DNA of 64,000 bases from positions 32,001 through 96,000 of the IMG/VR virus record IMGVR_UViG_3300047160_010630, one strand, 5' to 3'. Position numbers and translations under genes: made by a program. The stretch comes from a virus. The notes beneath the pieces were generated by a model. That model saw only the letters and a list, made by a program, of their open reading frames with translations. It was not told the origin of the DNA and did not search any database. Shown piece after piece: positions 18,461 through 29,346 of this stretch (the stretch's first letter is position 1; each line of letters starts with the position of its first letter).

Positions 18461-21327
18461 TGGCTGGTCTCACCGAGTTCACCGTCATGGCGATCATCGA
18501 CGCCCAGGACAAGGCCTCCCGCGTCCTGGACAAGGTCATCTCCACGGTGGAGGAACTCGGCTCCGTCATGGACAAGACGGCCGAGGACGTCAAGGCCGCC
18601 GCCGACTCCATCGACGACAGCCTGCTCAAGACCGCCAGCGGCGCCGACGCCCTGGCTCTGGCCAACGACCGGGTGACAGCTTCGGAGGCCAAGCTGACGC
18701 TGGCCACGCAGGAGCAGGCCGCCGCTGAAGACCTGCTCCGGGAAGCCCGCGCCACGGGTGCGAGCGATGCGGAGCTGATCGCCGGTGAGCAGCTCCTGGC
18801 CAACGCCGAGCGCGACACGGCCAAAGCGGCGGCCGAGCTTGAGGCGGCGCAGATCCGGGTCAACGAGATCACCAAGCTCCGGACCGAGTCCACCCGGGAG
18901 CTGGCGGTTGCGGAGGAGGAGTCCTCCACGGCCAGCAGCGGTATTGCTGGGGCGGCGCTGGCCGTGGCCGCAGGGTATGCCATCGCCGGTGCCGCCACGG
19001 TGAAGTCGGCGGCCGACTTCCAGACGGCTACGACGCACCTGGTCACAGATGCGGGCGAGTCCGGCGACAAGATCGCCTGGGTCTCCCAGCAGATGATCGA
19101 CATGGCCTCCCAGGTCGGCTTCACGGCGACGGAGCTGGCCAATGGTATGTACCACATCGAGTCTGCCGGTATCCACGGGGCGAAGGGCGTCGACGTCCTG
19201 CGGGTCGCTGCCGAAGGCGCGAAAGTCGGCGGCGCCGACCTGGACACGGTGACCAAGACGCTGGCCGGTACGATGGCCGCGTACGGCAAGGATTCCCTCG
19301 CCGACGCCATCAAGTTCACGAACGAACTTATCGCGACCACGTCCCAGGGTGACGTCCGCCTGCAAGACCTGACGACGACACTCGGCAACGTCGTCCCGAT
19401 TGCGGCTGCTGCCGGAATCACTTTCGACCAGGTCGGCGGCGCGATTGCCACCATGACCACGCAGAACATGACGGCCGCGCAGGCGTCGCAGAACCTGGCC
19501 CACTTCATTCAGTCCCTGGAACGCCCCAACGGTGTGCAGATCCAGCAGATGCAGGCGCTCGGACTGACGCAGGAGGATGTGTCAAAGTCCCTGGCCGGTC
19601 CCGGAGGACTTGTCGGCACGGTCGAAATGCTGACGGACGCCATTTCCAAGCACACCAAAAACGGACAGGTCTTCATCAACACCTTGCAGAACTCGGAGAC
19701 CGCTGCCCACGCCGCCAATATCATGCTCGCGAACATGGATCCGACGTTGCGGAATCTTTCCAACGAGCTGGTCAGTGGGGCTATTAATACCAAGGACTAC
19801 GAGAAGGCCACCAGGGAAATGGGCCCAACGGCGACCAAGCAGGGGTCGCAGTTCCTGAGCCTCAACGAGAAGATGGGCGCCTTCAACAAGCTCCTGGCGA
19901 ACGGCAGCGGGGAGTCGGAGAACTTTAATACGGCCATGTCCAACCTCACCGGCGGACAGATCGGTCTCCGGACGGCGCTCATGCTGTCCGCCCAGGGCGG
20001 CGACTACTTCTCTGAGTCGGTCAACGAGATCGCCAAGGCCGGGAACGAGGGCGGCGGGGCGGTCAAGAACTGGGACACGATCCAGAAGACGTTCAACCAG
20101 AAGCTGTCCGAGGCGAAGGCGTACCTGGATTCCCTGGCCATCACCATCGGCCAGAAGATCATCCCGTGGATCGAGAAGCTGGGCGAGAAGCTCGCACCGG
20201 TCGTGGAGTGGCTGGGCAAGAACAAGACCGTGGTCGAAGCCCTGGCCATCGGCCTGGGCGGTGTCCTGCTCACGGCCATCGGTGTGATCACCATTGCGCT
20301 GGCCGCCCTGGCGATCCCGATCATCGCCGTCGGCGCACTCGTCATACTGCTGAAGAAGGCCTGGGACGAGTTGGCGAAGTGGTTCGAGGACCACAAGTCG
20401 ACGTTCGTCGAAGCCTGGGACTACGTCGTGAAGAAGTTCGACGAGCTGACGAAGTGGCTTGACGAGCACGTGATCAAGTGGGCCAAGGAGCAGTTCGCGG
20501 ACTTCCTGACGTGGTGGCACGCGCACGCGTCCGAGATCTCCACCGTCTGGAAGATCGTGTGGGGCGAGATCCTGGTCGTTCTCGAAGTAGCATGGGGAAA
20601 TATCAAGGCCGTCCTCATGTTCCTGTCGGCTTTCTGGGTGGTCATCTGGGGCGGTATCAAAGACTTCCTGAAGCTGATCTGGGACGAGGTTTCCGGAATC
20701 ATCAAGTCTGCGCTCCATTTCATCGAAGGAATCATCGGCATCGGTCTCGACCTCATCACGGGGCACTGGAGCAAGGCGTGGAGCGACCTCGGCCAGACGG
20801 TCGTGAACTTTCTGACCGACGGCCAGGACATCATCGTCAACTTCTTCAAGGATGCCGACAAACTCCTGGTCGACGCCGGAAAGAACATCGTCAAGGGCCT
20901 CGTCAACGGGTTCAAGTCGGCCATGGGCAGCATCAACGACTCACTCGGCAGTATCGCCAGCACCATCAAGAGCTACTTTCCCTGGTCACCGGCTAAGAAG
21001 GGCCCCCTTTCAGGGAGCGGGGCCATCGAGATCGCCGGAAAGAACATCGGGACACTGCTGGCCTCCGGCATGCACGATTCGGTGACTACGGTGGCCAGGG
21101 CGTCCAGCAGGCTCGCCGGAGCGGCGGGGATCAACGTCGGCGCCGGGTTCGGCGCGGGCGGACTGGCGGCCGTCGGGCCGGGCGTCGGCGGCGGCGGGGG
21201 CATCGTGATCGACATGCGCGGGTCCCAGCTCATGTCCAACCAGGACATGGACATCTTCGTGGACCGCGTGGGTCGGCGTCTCGCGACCCGTATTCTGCCT
21301 GCGGGTGGGGTCAGAATCAGGTCGTAG
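18457..21327 (+). CDS. Tape measure protein (TP901-type)
   Basis: 956 aa, Ala-rich helical; TATELANGMYHIESAG core; Trp-periodic repeats; PWSPAKKGPL. Confidence 0.92.
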   Translation: MMAGLTEFTVMAIIDAQDKASRVLDKVISTVEELGSVMDKTAEDVKAAADSIDDSLLKTASGADALALANDRVTASEAKLTLATQEQAAAEDLLREARATGASDAELIAGEQLLANAERDTAKAAAELEAAQIRVNEITKLRTESTRELAVAEEESSTASSGIAGAALAVAAGYAIAGAATVKSAADFQTATTHLVTDAGESGDKIAWVSQQMIDMASQVGFTATELANGMYHIESAGIHGAKGVDVLRVAAEGAKVGGADLDTVTKTLAGTMAAYGKDSLADAIKFTNELIATTSQGDVRLQDLTTTLGNVVPIAAAAGITFDQVGGAIATMTTQNMTAAQASQNLAHFIQSLERPNGVQIQQMQALGLTQEDVSKSLAGPGGLVGTVEMLTDAISKHTKNGQVFINTLQNSETAAHAANIMLANMDPTLRNLSNELVSGAINTKDYEKATREMGPTATKQGSQFLSLNEKMGAFNKLLANGSGESENFNTAMSNLTGGQIGLRTALMLSAQGGDYFSESVNEIAKAGNEGGGAVKNWDTIQKTFNQKLSEAKAYLDSLAITIGQKIIPWIEKLGEKLAPVVEWLGKNKTVVEALAIGLGGVLLTAIGVITIALAALAIPIIAVGALVILLKKAWDELAKWFEDHKSTFVEAWDYVVKKFDELTKWLDEHVIKWAKEQFADFLTWWHAHASEISTVWKIVWGEILVVLEVAWGNIKAVLMFLSAFWVVIWGGIKDFLKLIWDEVSGIIKSALHFIEGIIGIGLDLITGHWSKAWSDLGQTVVNFLTDGQDIIVNFFKDADKLLVDAGKNIVKGLVNGFKSAMGSINDSLGSIASTIKSYFPWSPAKKGPLSGSGAIEIAGKNIGTLLASGMHDSVTTVARASSRLAGAAGINVGAGFGAGGLAAVGPGVGGGGGIVIDMRGSQLMSNQDMDIFVDRVGRRLATRILPAGGVRIRS

Positions 21328-21348
21328 AACCGGCAAGGAGACGCATTC

Positions 21349-22734
21349 GTGGCCATTATTACGCCGAGCCTCACGATCACCATCACACCTCCCGGCGGAT
21401 CCCCTATCGATTACTCGACCAGGCTGATGTGGGGTGGCGGCAGCGGCGGAATGACCATCACCCAGAACTTCGGCCGCCAGGGTGATACGGCGACGTTCTT
21501 CCTGATGGACCAGACCACCGGGGCACCGGACTTCGTCATCCCGGTGTTCAGCCAGGTGAAGATCGTGGACAACACGGCCGGTGGGGTGACGATCTTCGCC
21601 GGGGTCGTCAACAACCCGTCCCTGATCCTGGACGGCCCCACCAGGAACGAGTGGCAGTGCCAGTGCACGGACTACGCGTTCTACGCAGACAACTCGATCG
21701 TCCAGGGGACGTTCATCGGGCAGACGGTGGACCAGATCGTCGTGGCCCTGACCCAGCAGGCCAACTGCGGGATCACGGCCGCGACGATCGCCAACGGCGG
21801 GTTCGTGGCCCCTGGCCCGCAGCTGCCCAGCTACGTGTCCAACTACACCACGCTGTCCGGAGCGTGGCGGCGCCTGGCCCAGCTGGCCGGTCAGGTCACC
21901 CCGTACGGCTGGTACGTGGACGAGAACCGGAACCTGCACTTCTACGACGCCACGACCGCGCAGAACTCCGGCGTGACGTTCACGACGAGTCCGACGAATT
22001 CCGGTTCCCTGACCGAGGGCCACCTGGATTTCGACAACTTCTCCTACGAATGGGACGGGCAGTCGGTCCGCAACCGGATCCTGGTCCAGGGGGCGAACCA
22101 GGCCATCAAGTTCGGGACCATTACCAATCCTGCGACCGACACCTGGCAGTCCAACGGGACCCAGTCCTCGTGGCCCCTGCGGTTCACGGTGACCGGGTCC
22201 CCGGTGCTGGCTGTCAACGGGACCCAGGTCGCCGTGACGCCGGTCAGTGCGGGCCAGACCAGCACGGCGCCCTGGCAGATCGCCCAGAACAGCGTCGGCG
22301 CGTGGTTCCTGATTGCGGCCTCGGTACCTCCGGCCGGGCAGAAGATCCAGCTCTGGTACGACTACCTGGTGCCGGTCGTCGCGCAGGCGAACGATTTCGG
22401 GTCGCAGAGCCTGTACACCGGTCCGAACGGCGGTGTGTTCGCCGAGTACATCTCCGACACGTCCTTGACGACGGTTCCCATGGCGCTGGCGCGGGCCATG
22501 CGGGAGAGGACCGAGTACGCGTTCGCCGTGGAGCGGATGAACTTCTCGACGACCGAGGATTGGCTGGGATGGATCCGGGCTGGTCAGACGTGTACGATCA
22601 TCAACAGGTTCGTGCCCGATGCGAGGACCAGTTACAGCCCCGGCATCAATGGCACGTTCATCATCATCGGGAATTCGGTCCAGTTCGGAGCGGGCGGTTT
22701 CCGTAAGATGCAGTTGACGGCGGTCAGGATCTAG
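21349..22734 (+). CDS. Minor tail / hub-like protein
   Basis: Directly after tape measure; WYVDENRNLHF, VRNRILVQG. Confidence 0.7.
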   Translation: MAIITPSLTITITPPGGSPIDYSTRLMWGGGSGGMTITQNFGRQGDTATFFLMDQTTGAPDFVIPVFSQVKIVDNTAGGVTIFAGVVNNPSLILDGPTRNEWQCQCTDYAFYADNSIVQGTFIGQTVDQIVVALTQQANCGITAATIANGGFVAPGPQLPSYVSNYTTLSGAWRRLAQLAGQVTPYGWYVDENRNLHFYDATTAQNSGVTFTTSPTNSGSLTEGHLDFDNFSYEWDGQSVRNRILVQGANQAIKFGTITNPATDTWQSNGTQSSWPLRFTVTGSPVLAVNGTQVAVTPVSAGQTSTAPWQIAQNSVGAWFLIAASVPPAGQKIQLWYDYLVPVVAQANDFGSQSLYTGPNGGVFAEYISDTSLTTVPMALARAMRERTEYAFAVERMNFSTTEDWLGWIRAGQTCTIINRFVPDARTSYSPGINGTFIIIGNSVQFGAGGFRKMQLTAVRI

Positions 22735-22744
22735 GGGCGGTGCG

Positions 22745-22954
22745 ATGCCGGGAGTGTTTCGACCGTACACGATTGTCGATGTCCTAGGTACGATCAACGA
22801 GCAATCCGTTGCCGCTCAGGGCGCCATCGTCACCGGACAGGGATTCTTCGCGCAGACCAACGAGAACTTCACGTCCCACGACACGATGACGACCGTGGTG
22901 CGCACCAATCCGACGTACGACAACGGAACCTGGGGCACGCTCACATGGAACTGA
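22745..22954 (+). CDS. Small tail protein
   Basis: Operon continuity. Confidence 0.55.
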   Translation: MPGVFRPYTIVDVLGTINEQSVAAQGAIVTGQGFFAQTNENFTSHDTMTTVVRTNPTYDNGTWGTLTWN

Positions 22955-23487
22955 CAGGCGGTGCGCAGTTCGGGATCCACGGCCACCTCTCCCTCACCGT
23001 GCTGGACGAGGACGAGAACGTGGTGGATTTCCGTGAGGGCGACAACATCATGTGCACCAACGGACTCACGGCCATTGTGAACGCCCTGGTGTGGTCGGGC
23101 GTCCAGGACCAGGCGAACGCGCTCGGGCTGACCTCCCCGACCTACCTGACGCCGCTGTGGGGGGCGGTCGGCTCCGGCGCGGGCACGGTCGCGGCGTCGG
23201 ACACGCTGCTCTTCGCCGAGCTGGGCCGCGAGACGGTGGGCGCCGGTGCGACGTCCCCGGCCACGCCCAGCATTAATGCGCAGGCGACGTGGCTGTTCTA
23301 CTTCCCGTCGCCGCCTGTGACGTGGACGGTGACGGAGGCCGGTGTGTTCGCCAACGGATCGTCCAACCCAGCCACGGTGGTCACCGCCGGAACCCTGCTG
23401 GACCACTGGGCTTTCGCTCCGTCGGTCACCGTGTCGACGTCCAACACGCTGATCCTCCAGGCGACCTTCACGATTGCGGGGGTGTGA
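22945..23487 (+). CDS. Minor tail protein (fibre-attachment type)
   Basis: AVGSG...SDTLL.AELGR, TEAGVF motifs. Confidence 0.65.
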   Translation: MELTGGAQFGIHGHLSLTVLDEDENVVDFREGDNIMCTNGLTAIVNALVWSGVQDQANALGLTSPTYLTPLWGAVGSGAGTVAASDTLLFAELGRETVGAGATSPATPSINAQATWLFYFPSPPVTWTVTEAGVFANGSSNPATVVTAGTLLDHWAFAPSVTVSTSNTLILQATFTIAGV

Positions 23488-23488
23488 C

Positions 23489-24238
23489 GTGCCGACGACA
23501 CCCAACTGGCAGGCGGCCACCAGCGGTTCTCCCGCGCAGGCCGCGCACGTCAACCAGTTCCTCGGCACCCATGCGACCACGCTCCTCTACGCCGGTGTGC
23601 AGCGGTCCGCGCAGACCACGGCCGGAACGGGTAGTACGTCCACGAACGGTACCTGGCTCGCGCAATCCTTCACGACCGCCGTCGGCCAGACTGCTATCGG
23701 GTACGTGCTCATCCAACTGGACCCGAACACCGGCCTGGGGTCCAACCTGGCGCCCACCACGGTATCCCTCTACGCCAACTCGGCGGGTGCCCCGACCGGT
23801 GCGGCCCTCGTGTCGGCAACGGTGACCGCAGAGTACGGGTTCTTCGGGCCGATCAACCTGTTCGTGCCGATGCCCATCACCGGCCTGACGGCCAGCACGA
23901 CGTACTGGATTGTCGCCACCGCTGCGGGCAACGCGTCGTTCAGCTACTCCTGGAACCGGTCCAACCAGACGAGCGGCGCGTCCACGTCCGCCAACGGCAC
24001 GACGTGGGTGGCACAGACGTACGGCTTCCTGTACCAGGTGTTCGACCAGACGGCCAGCGGACTGCTCCAGGGCACCTGGGAGGACGCGGGGGCCCGGTGG
24101 ACGTGGCGTAGCTACGCCACCCCGAGCAACAGGATCACCGCGACCACCGAGTACACCGCCGGTCAGACCACCGCCGGGTATCTCCAGTCGAACCGCAGCT
24201 ATACGTACACCAACAACCTTTTGACAGGAATCAGCTGA
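23489..24238 (+). CDS. Minor tail protein
   Basis: LAQSFT, LTASTTYWIV; N-terminus paralogous to 24736-27108. Confidence 0.65.
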   Translation: MPTTPNWQAATSGSPAQAAHVNQFLGTHATTLLYAGVQRSAQTTAGTGSTSTNGTWLAQSFTTAVGQTAIGYVLIQLDPNTGLGSNLAPTTVSLYANSAGAPTGAALVSATVTAEYGFFGPINLFVPMPITGLTASTTYWIVATAAGNASFSYSWNRSNQTSGASTSANGTTWVAQTYGFLYQVFDQTASGLLQGTWEDAGARWTWRSYATPSNRITATTEYTAGQTTAGYLQSNRSYTYTNNLLTGIS

Positions 24239-24723
24239 TGGCCGATACAGCTGCTGTTCTCGCCCTGGTGCAGTCGCAGTTCGCGGTCAACAAGCCGTCG
24301 TTCTTCGGGTACCAGAACACCGTCCAGTCACTGGCCAACACTGCCTGGACACCCCTCAGCATCGACGCCAGCGTGGACGACAACTACGCCGGGCATTCCA
24401 ACTCGACCAACAACTCACGGTACACGGCCCAGGTGGCGGCTACCTACAGGGTGAGCGGATGCTACGCCCCGGCGGCGAACGCCACAGGGTTCCGTGCGGT
24501 GCGGCTCATCAAGAACGGCAGTACGATCCTTTTGGGCAGCGGCCTGTACTCGCCGCCCATCAGCGGGGCGGAGATCGGCGTCCCCACGCCTTCCGCCTTG
24601 GTAGCTCTGGCCGTGGGGGACTACGTCGAAGTGCAGGGATGGCAGAGCTCCGGAGGAAACCTGAACACCATCCTCGACGTTGATCTGCGATGCAGCTTCA
24701 CCGTCACGTTTGAGCACTTCTAA
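24238..24723 (+). CDS. Minor tail protein, C1q/lectin-like beta sandwich
   Basis: NNSRYTAQVAATYRV, LAVGDYVEV..WQSSGG.L. Confidence 0.65.
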   Translation: MADTAAVLALVQSQFAVNKPSFFGYQNTVQSLANTAWTPLSIDASVDDNYAGHSNSTNNSRYTAQVAATYRVSGCYAPAANATGFRAVRLIKNGSTILLGSGLYSPPISGAEIGVPTPSALVALAVGDYVEVQGWQSSGGNLNTILDVDLRCSFTVTFEHF

Positions 24724-24735
24724 TCCGAGGTCACG

Positions 24736-27108
24736 ATGCCTACCACCCCATCCTGGGAACCGGCCCGGAACGGCATTCCCGGCGACCCCAACGCCGTCAA
24801 CCACGCCAGCCAGATCGACCAGATGCTCGGCGTCCACGGCATCACGCCGGTCTACACCGGGAGCAGGGTGGTCACCCCTGCCGGGAACTACTCCAACCTC
24901 CTGAACTTCACCACGGCGACGGACGTGTCCCAGCCGTTCACGATGTCGGGGACATCCATCGGCCGGGTCGTCCTCCCGGTCGTTCCCGTGGGCCAGGGGG
25001 CCGACCTCACCGTGTCCCTCTACCCCGACAGCTCGGGGAACCCCAACCTGAGCAATCTGCTGGCGTCGACCCACATTCCTGCCGCTTGGATCGGGCAGAC
25101 CACCGCAAATGGAAGTTCCCCCGTAGCGGGTCCATTGGGCGCGCCACACACGAACACATGGTACTTCACCGGCACACGAACAACTCAGCCCTACGTTCCT
25201 CCTGCGAACTCCTCCTTCGGCGCCACCGGATCCCCGTCCGTGGCGACGTCCGGCAACTTCTTCATCTTCGCGGGCGGTTTCAGCCTCACCGGCAGCAATC
25301 TGTCGTCCGTGGTCGCCACGGCGAGGTGGCAGGGAGCGGGTAGTGTCACGCTGCCCATCGCGCAGCCGTCCCTCCCCGTGGCCACATGGCTGGCCGGTGT
25401 CGGGACGACGACCAACGCCGTCATCGTGGCCGGTGGGGTGACCGGGTCGACGACGACGACGGCAAACGTGTGGGTCGCCAGCTGGGACCCCAACGTCGGA
25501 ACCATCGGGACGTGGAGCGCCCAGACAGCGCTACCCACCGCCATCAACTACCCGGCCGTGGCCACCAGCGGCGCCAATGTCTACGTCATCGGCGGCGATA
25601 CGACCACGCCGGGGAATGCCAACGTCAGCACCGTCTACTCGACCGTCATCACCAACGGCCAGACGTCGGCCTGGGCCCAGCAACCGTCTCTGCCGCAGCA
25701 GTTGAAGAGCTGCCTGGTCGGGGTCCTCAACGGCTGGCTCATCGTGGCCGGTGGCATCAACAACGCCGGGAACACTGTCACCTCCACGTACTACTCGAAG
25801 ATCAACGCCGACGGTTCCCTCAGTCAGTGGCTCACCGGCCCGGTGATGGTGCAGGACGGCGGCGCCACCCTCCCCGGCGCGCAGACGGCGCTTACGAACA
25901 ACGCCTTCATGGTCGTCAGTGCCAACAGCACCGTCTCCGGTGGGACCAGCGTCCAGCTTCTGGGGGTCACCTCCAACGGGGTGGCCGATCACTGGAATTC
26001 TTACACGTACTTCTCGGGCGGCGGCACCGTAACGGAGTTCACCGCCGCGTTCCCGCTGGGTGACGGAACCTGGAATCTCATCAACATCAACACAGACGGC
26101 GGCAACCAGTTCATCGACAGCTCGGTGATACTGCCGTCAACCCTGGTCTCCGTACCGTTGAGTGCCACGGGCCTCACGTCGGGCGGCACGTACCACGTGG
26201 TCCTCCAGCAGGCGAACAGCCGGACCGCCTCGGACTACCTGCTGTACACCACCCTGGACACGTTCGCCATGGGTGTCGGGAACTACGGGCTCAAGTCGCC
26301 CAGGCATGCCAATACGTGGACCGTCATCCTGGGTACCACTCCCTCGGCCGCACGTGTCTCCGTCCCCCTGGCCGTGTTCAACAATGCCCCGAGCAGCGGT
26401 AGCGGTAGCAATATCGTCCACACCTGGGAAGACCCTTCCGCTACCGGTAGCGCTGCTACCAACAAGACCGCTGCTCGGGCCTCCACCATCTTCTACAACA
26501 GCCAGTACTCCCTGCCGTACGGGGCCATGGAGGCGACCGCCGGTCCCAACGACGCCCAGAACGTCAATCCGACATTCGCCACGGGCGTCGGCGACTGGAC
26601 GGCGCACAACGGCACGTTCACCCAGTCCAGTGCCCAGGTGCAGGGCGGCTTCGCGTTCTCCGGCCTGCTGACCCCGACCGGCGGCAACCCCACCGCCAGC
26701 GCGACCAGCGGCCTCATCACCATCACGCCGGTGGCGCCGCTGTTCTCCAACGCCCAGTGGTTCATGGTGAACGGCTGGGTGTACTCGCCGACCGGCTGGG
26801 CCACGACGTCCCTCAGCGTGGACTGGTACACGGCGGCCTCGGTGTTCATCTCCACGAGCAGCAACGTCCAGTCGGTCGCCGCTGCGACGTGGACGAACTT
26901 GGTCAACTTCTTCCAGGCTCCGGCCACCGCGCGGTTCGCTTCCATCAATGTCGTGGAGTCCGGGACTCCCGGGGCGACGAACCTCCTGTACACGTCGAAT
27001 GTGACCTTCTCGCTGGCGCCGGAACTCACGCCGGTCTTCGCCGACGTGGCGCAGGTCACCTACGGCAGCGCCCCGTATCCGCCTACGGGGGTCGTTCAGC
27101 TCACCTGA
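24736..27108 (+). CDS. Large tail / receptor-binding protein with Kelch-like repeats and C-terminal CBM-like domain
   Basis: Repeated (I/V)xAGG / VYVIGG...W...P.LP blades; NPTFATGVGDW. Confidence 0.7.
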   Translation: MPTTPSWEPARNGIPGDPNAVNHASQIDQMLGVHGITPVYTGSRVVTPAGNYSNLLNFTTATDVSQPFTMSGTSIGRVVLPVVPVGQGADLTVSLYPDSSGNPNLSNLLASTHIPAAWIGQTTANGSSPVAGPLGAPHTNTWYFTGTRTTQPYVPPANSSFGATGSPSVATSGNFFIFAGGFSLTGSNLSSVVATARWQGAGSVTLPIAQPSLPVATWLAGVGTTTNAVIVAGGVTGSTTTTANVWVASWDPNVGTIGTWSAQTALPTAINYPAVATSGANVYVIGGDTTTPGNANVSTVYSTVITNGQTSAWAQQPSLPQQLKSCLVGVLNGWLIVAGGINNAGNTVTSTYYSKINADGSLSQWLTGPVMVQDGGATLPGAQTALTNNAFMVVSANSTVSGGTSVQLLGVTSNGVADHWNSYTYFSGGGTVTEFTAAFPLGDGTWNLININTDGGNQFIDSSVILPSTLVSVPLSATGLTSGGTYHVVLQQANSRTASDYLLYTTLDTFAMGVGNYGLKSPRHANTWTVILGTTPSAARVSVPLAVFNNAPSSGSGSNIVHTWEDPSATGSAATNKTAARASTIFYNSQYSLPYGAMEATAGPNDAQNVNPTFATGVGDWTAHNGTFTQSSAQVQGGFAFSGLLTPTGGNPTASATSGLITITPVAPLFSNAQWFMVNGWVYSPTGWATTSLSVDWYTAASVFISTSSNVQSVAAATWTNLVNFFQAPATARFASINVVESGTPGATNLLYTSNVTFSLAPELTPVFADVAQVTYGSAPYPPTGVVQLT

Positions 27109-27120
27109 CCAGGGAAAGGC

Positions 27121-27444
27121 GTGCACATGTCCGAGAACGGCGACAACGGGCACGGGAGCAGCGGGAGCGTCAGCTACAGCATCAAGGAGCTGCTCGACGG
27201 CATCAAGACCTCGATCGACCGCCTGTACGGGAAGCTGGACACCAAGGCGGACCGGTCCGAGGTGCTGGAGCTGTCGCGGCAGATCAGCCAGGAGAGCAAG
27301 CGCGTGGATGCCCTGGAGACCACGTACCGGGTCGAGACGAAGTCCGAGTCCGACCACAAGGAGTGGACGAAGTGGCTGATCCCGGCGCTGATTGCTGTGG
27401 CGATGCTCGGGGTGAGCATTATCCAACTGTTCGGAAAGAGGTAG
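27121..27444 (+). CDS. Coiled-coil protein with C-terminal TM helix (holin-like lysis accessory)
   Basis: WLIPALIAVAMLGVSIIQLF; upstream of endolysin; start may be 27127. Confidence 0.55.
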   Translation: MHMSENGDNGHGSSGSVSYSIKELLDGIKTSIDRLYGKLDTKADRSEVLELSRQISQESKRVDALETTYRVETKSESDHKEWTKWLIPALIAVAMLGVSIIQLFGKR

Positions 27445-27446
27445 GC

Positions 27447-27890
27447 ATGCCCGACGACAAGGTGGTGGCGGCGCACGTCCAGCCGCATTCGAGCCACTAC
27501 AACGTCCATTTCCCGGAGCACGGTTCCCGTGAAGGGGATCCGCACTACAAGGATTTCCATCACTACCACGAGACCGCCAAGCGCGATCCGGAACTCTACC
27601 AGTGCGCGGTCGGCAAGCGGCGCGGGGACTTCTCGGACTGCACGCTGGACCTTCCGCTGGAGCTGCACCACACGCACATCGAATGGGCGCTCCAAAACGG
27701 CGTGGACCTGGCCTTGATGGAGCACCAGTACCCCGGCGTGTCGAACGCGGAGGAGCTGGGGGCCTGGGTGGAAAGCGGATCTAATTTGTCTTTTTATTGC
27801 CAATTCCATCACCGAGGTCACGGTGGCGCCCACGTGGCCAGCGCGAGTGACTTCGAGGGCCAGCATTTCGTCAAGAAGATGATTTCGTAG
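27447..27890 (+). CDS. His-rich HNH-like hypothetical protein in the lysis cassette
   Basis: ATG 27447 after GAGGT; LELHH.HIEW...NL..YCQFHHRG. Confidence 0.55.
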   Translation: MPDDKVVAAHVQPHSSHYNVHFPEHGSREGDPHYKDFHHYHETAKRDPELYQCAVGKRRGDFSDCTLDLPLELHHTHIEWALQNGVDLALMEHQYPGVSNAEELGAWVESGSNLSFYCQFHHRGHGGAHVASASDFEGQHFVKKMIS

Positions 27891-27922
27891 CGTTCTAAGC
27901 ACACGAACTAAGGAGACTATCT

Positions 27923-28708
27923 GTGCACCTCGTTACTCGCACTGAGTGGGGAGCCCCCGCCGAGACCCCCGCCGCCGACATGGCGACCGCGCAGGGCGTG
28001 AAGATCCACTGGATCGGCGGTCCGTACACCACCCCGGCACAGCACGGCCCGGAATGCGACGCTGAAGTCCGCGCCATCCGGCAGGAGCACCTGTCCAATC
28101 CCGACCAGCACTGGGTGGACATCGCCTACAACTTCGTCGTGTGCCAGCACGGGGTGGTCTACGAGGCTCGTGGTCTGCGCAAGGAGAGCGGCGCCAACGG
28201 TGATCAGCCGCTCAACAAGAAGGACTACGCGATCTGCGGGGTCCAGGGGACCAACGAGCAGCTCTCCGACGGCCTCAAGGGCGGCCTGCGGGACGCGATC
28301 GAGTACATGCAGGCCAACGGCGCCGGTCCGGAGATCCTCGCGCACCGTGACGGTTACAGCACCGACTGTCCGGGTGACGAGCTGTACGCCTGGGTCCACG
28401 CGGGTGCTCCGCGTCCCGGCGGTGTGCCGTCGCCTGCCCCGTCGCCCGCTCCGTCACACGAGCCCGCCCCCTCCTGGCCGGGCCGCTATCTGCGCAACGA
28501 CCCCGGCCAGGCGATGATGCACGGCGATGACGTGCGTGACTGGCAGCAGCGGATGCACGACCGGGGCTGGGCTATCGCGGTCGACGGCTGGTACGGCCCG
28601 TCCAGCGCCCACGTCTGCGGCCAGTTCCAGGCCGAGAAGGGCCTGACAGTCGACCAGGTCGTGGGACCGGTCACCTGGGCCGCTGCCTGGACGACGCCGG
28701 TCAGCTGA
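27923..28708 (+). CDS. Endolysin: N-acetylmuramoyl-L-alanine amidase + peptidoglycan-binding domain
   Basis: IHW, WVDIAYNF, AHRD..STDCPG; GDDVRDWQ...VDGWYGP...FQ..KGL.VD.VVGP.TW. Confidence 0.92.
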   Translation: MHLVTRTEWGAPAETPAADMATAQGVKIHWIGGPYTTPAQHGPECDAEVRAIRQEHLSNPDQHWVDIAYNFVVCQHGVVYEARGLRKESGANGDQPLNKKDYAICGVQGTNEQLSDGLKGGLRDAIEYMQANGAGPEILAHRDGYSTDCPGDELYAWVHAGAPRPGGVPSPAPSPAPSHEPAPSWPGRYLRNDPGQAMMHGDDVRDWQQRMHDRGWAIAVDGWYGPSSAHVCGQFQAEKGLTVDQVVGPVTWAAAWTTPVS

Positions 28709-29258
28709 CCAGGGCCATGCCGGGGATGTGCGTGGGGGAGACGGAGCCGACGCCGGGCGGGAGCAGGGTGATCTCGATGGGCTTCGCCGTGGCGAACGCG
28801 GCGACGTCCGCCGTGTTCACCTCCACCGTCTCGTGGCGGCCGGTGGCCGGGTTGCGCTGGGTGACCTTGCCGGTCAGCGGCTCCTTGGCCCAGTCGTGCC
28901 GCAGCTGGGCGACGTCGATCGCCTCGGTGGCGTCGCTGACGTGCGGGTCGGCCGCGTCGAACATGGCGAACGAGACGCGCTGCTCGTTGGTCCAGGCCGC
29001 GTCGATGGCCATCTGGAGACGGTTCTCCAGGTCGGCGATCTGGTCCCGGAGGTGGACCTCGTTGACGAGCAGGTCCCGGACGGTGTCCTCCATCCGGTTG
29101 TAGTCTTCCTGGACCTTGTTCTTCTGGATCTCCAGGAGGGCGATGTGCGAGCGCTCCTGCTCCAGTTCGCGCAGGAGCTGGCGCACGCGGCGTCGGCTGC
29201 GCTCGGGCGGGTTCTCGATGCGCAGGAGCTGCGCGACGGCCTTGATTCGGGGGTTCAC
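28701..29258 (-). CDS. Coiled-coil hypothetical protein
   Basis: GTG start after GAGGAAAGGAAC; convergent with endolysin. Confidence 0.6.
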   Translation of the reverse strand: MNPRIKAVAQLLRIENPPERSRRRVRQLLRELEQERSHIALLEIQKNKVQEDYNRMEDTVRDLLVNEVHLRDQIADLENRLQMAIDAAWTNEQRVSFAMFDAADPHVSDATEAIDVAQLRHDWAKEPLTGKVTQRNPATGRHETVEVNTADVAAFATAKPIEITLLPPGVGSVSPTHIPGMALVS

Positions 29259-29299
29259 GCGGTCTGTTCCTTTCCTCGTTCGTGTGTGATCATCACAGT

Positions 29300-29335
29300 A
29301 CACGCCCCCGCTTGCTGCTGCAAGCGGGGGCGTGT
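29300..29335. terminator. 16-bp perfect hairpin (probable terminator)
   Basis: acacgcccccgcttgc-tgct-gcaagcgggggcgtgt. Confidence 0.65.
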
Positions 29336-29346
29336 TCGTGTTTGGG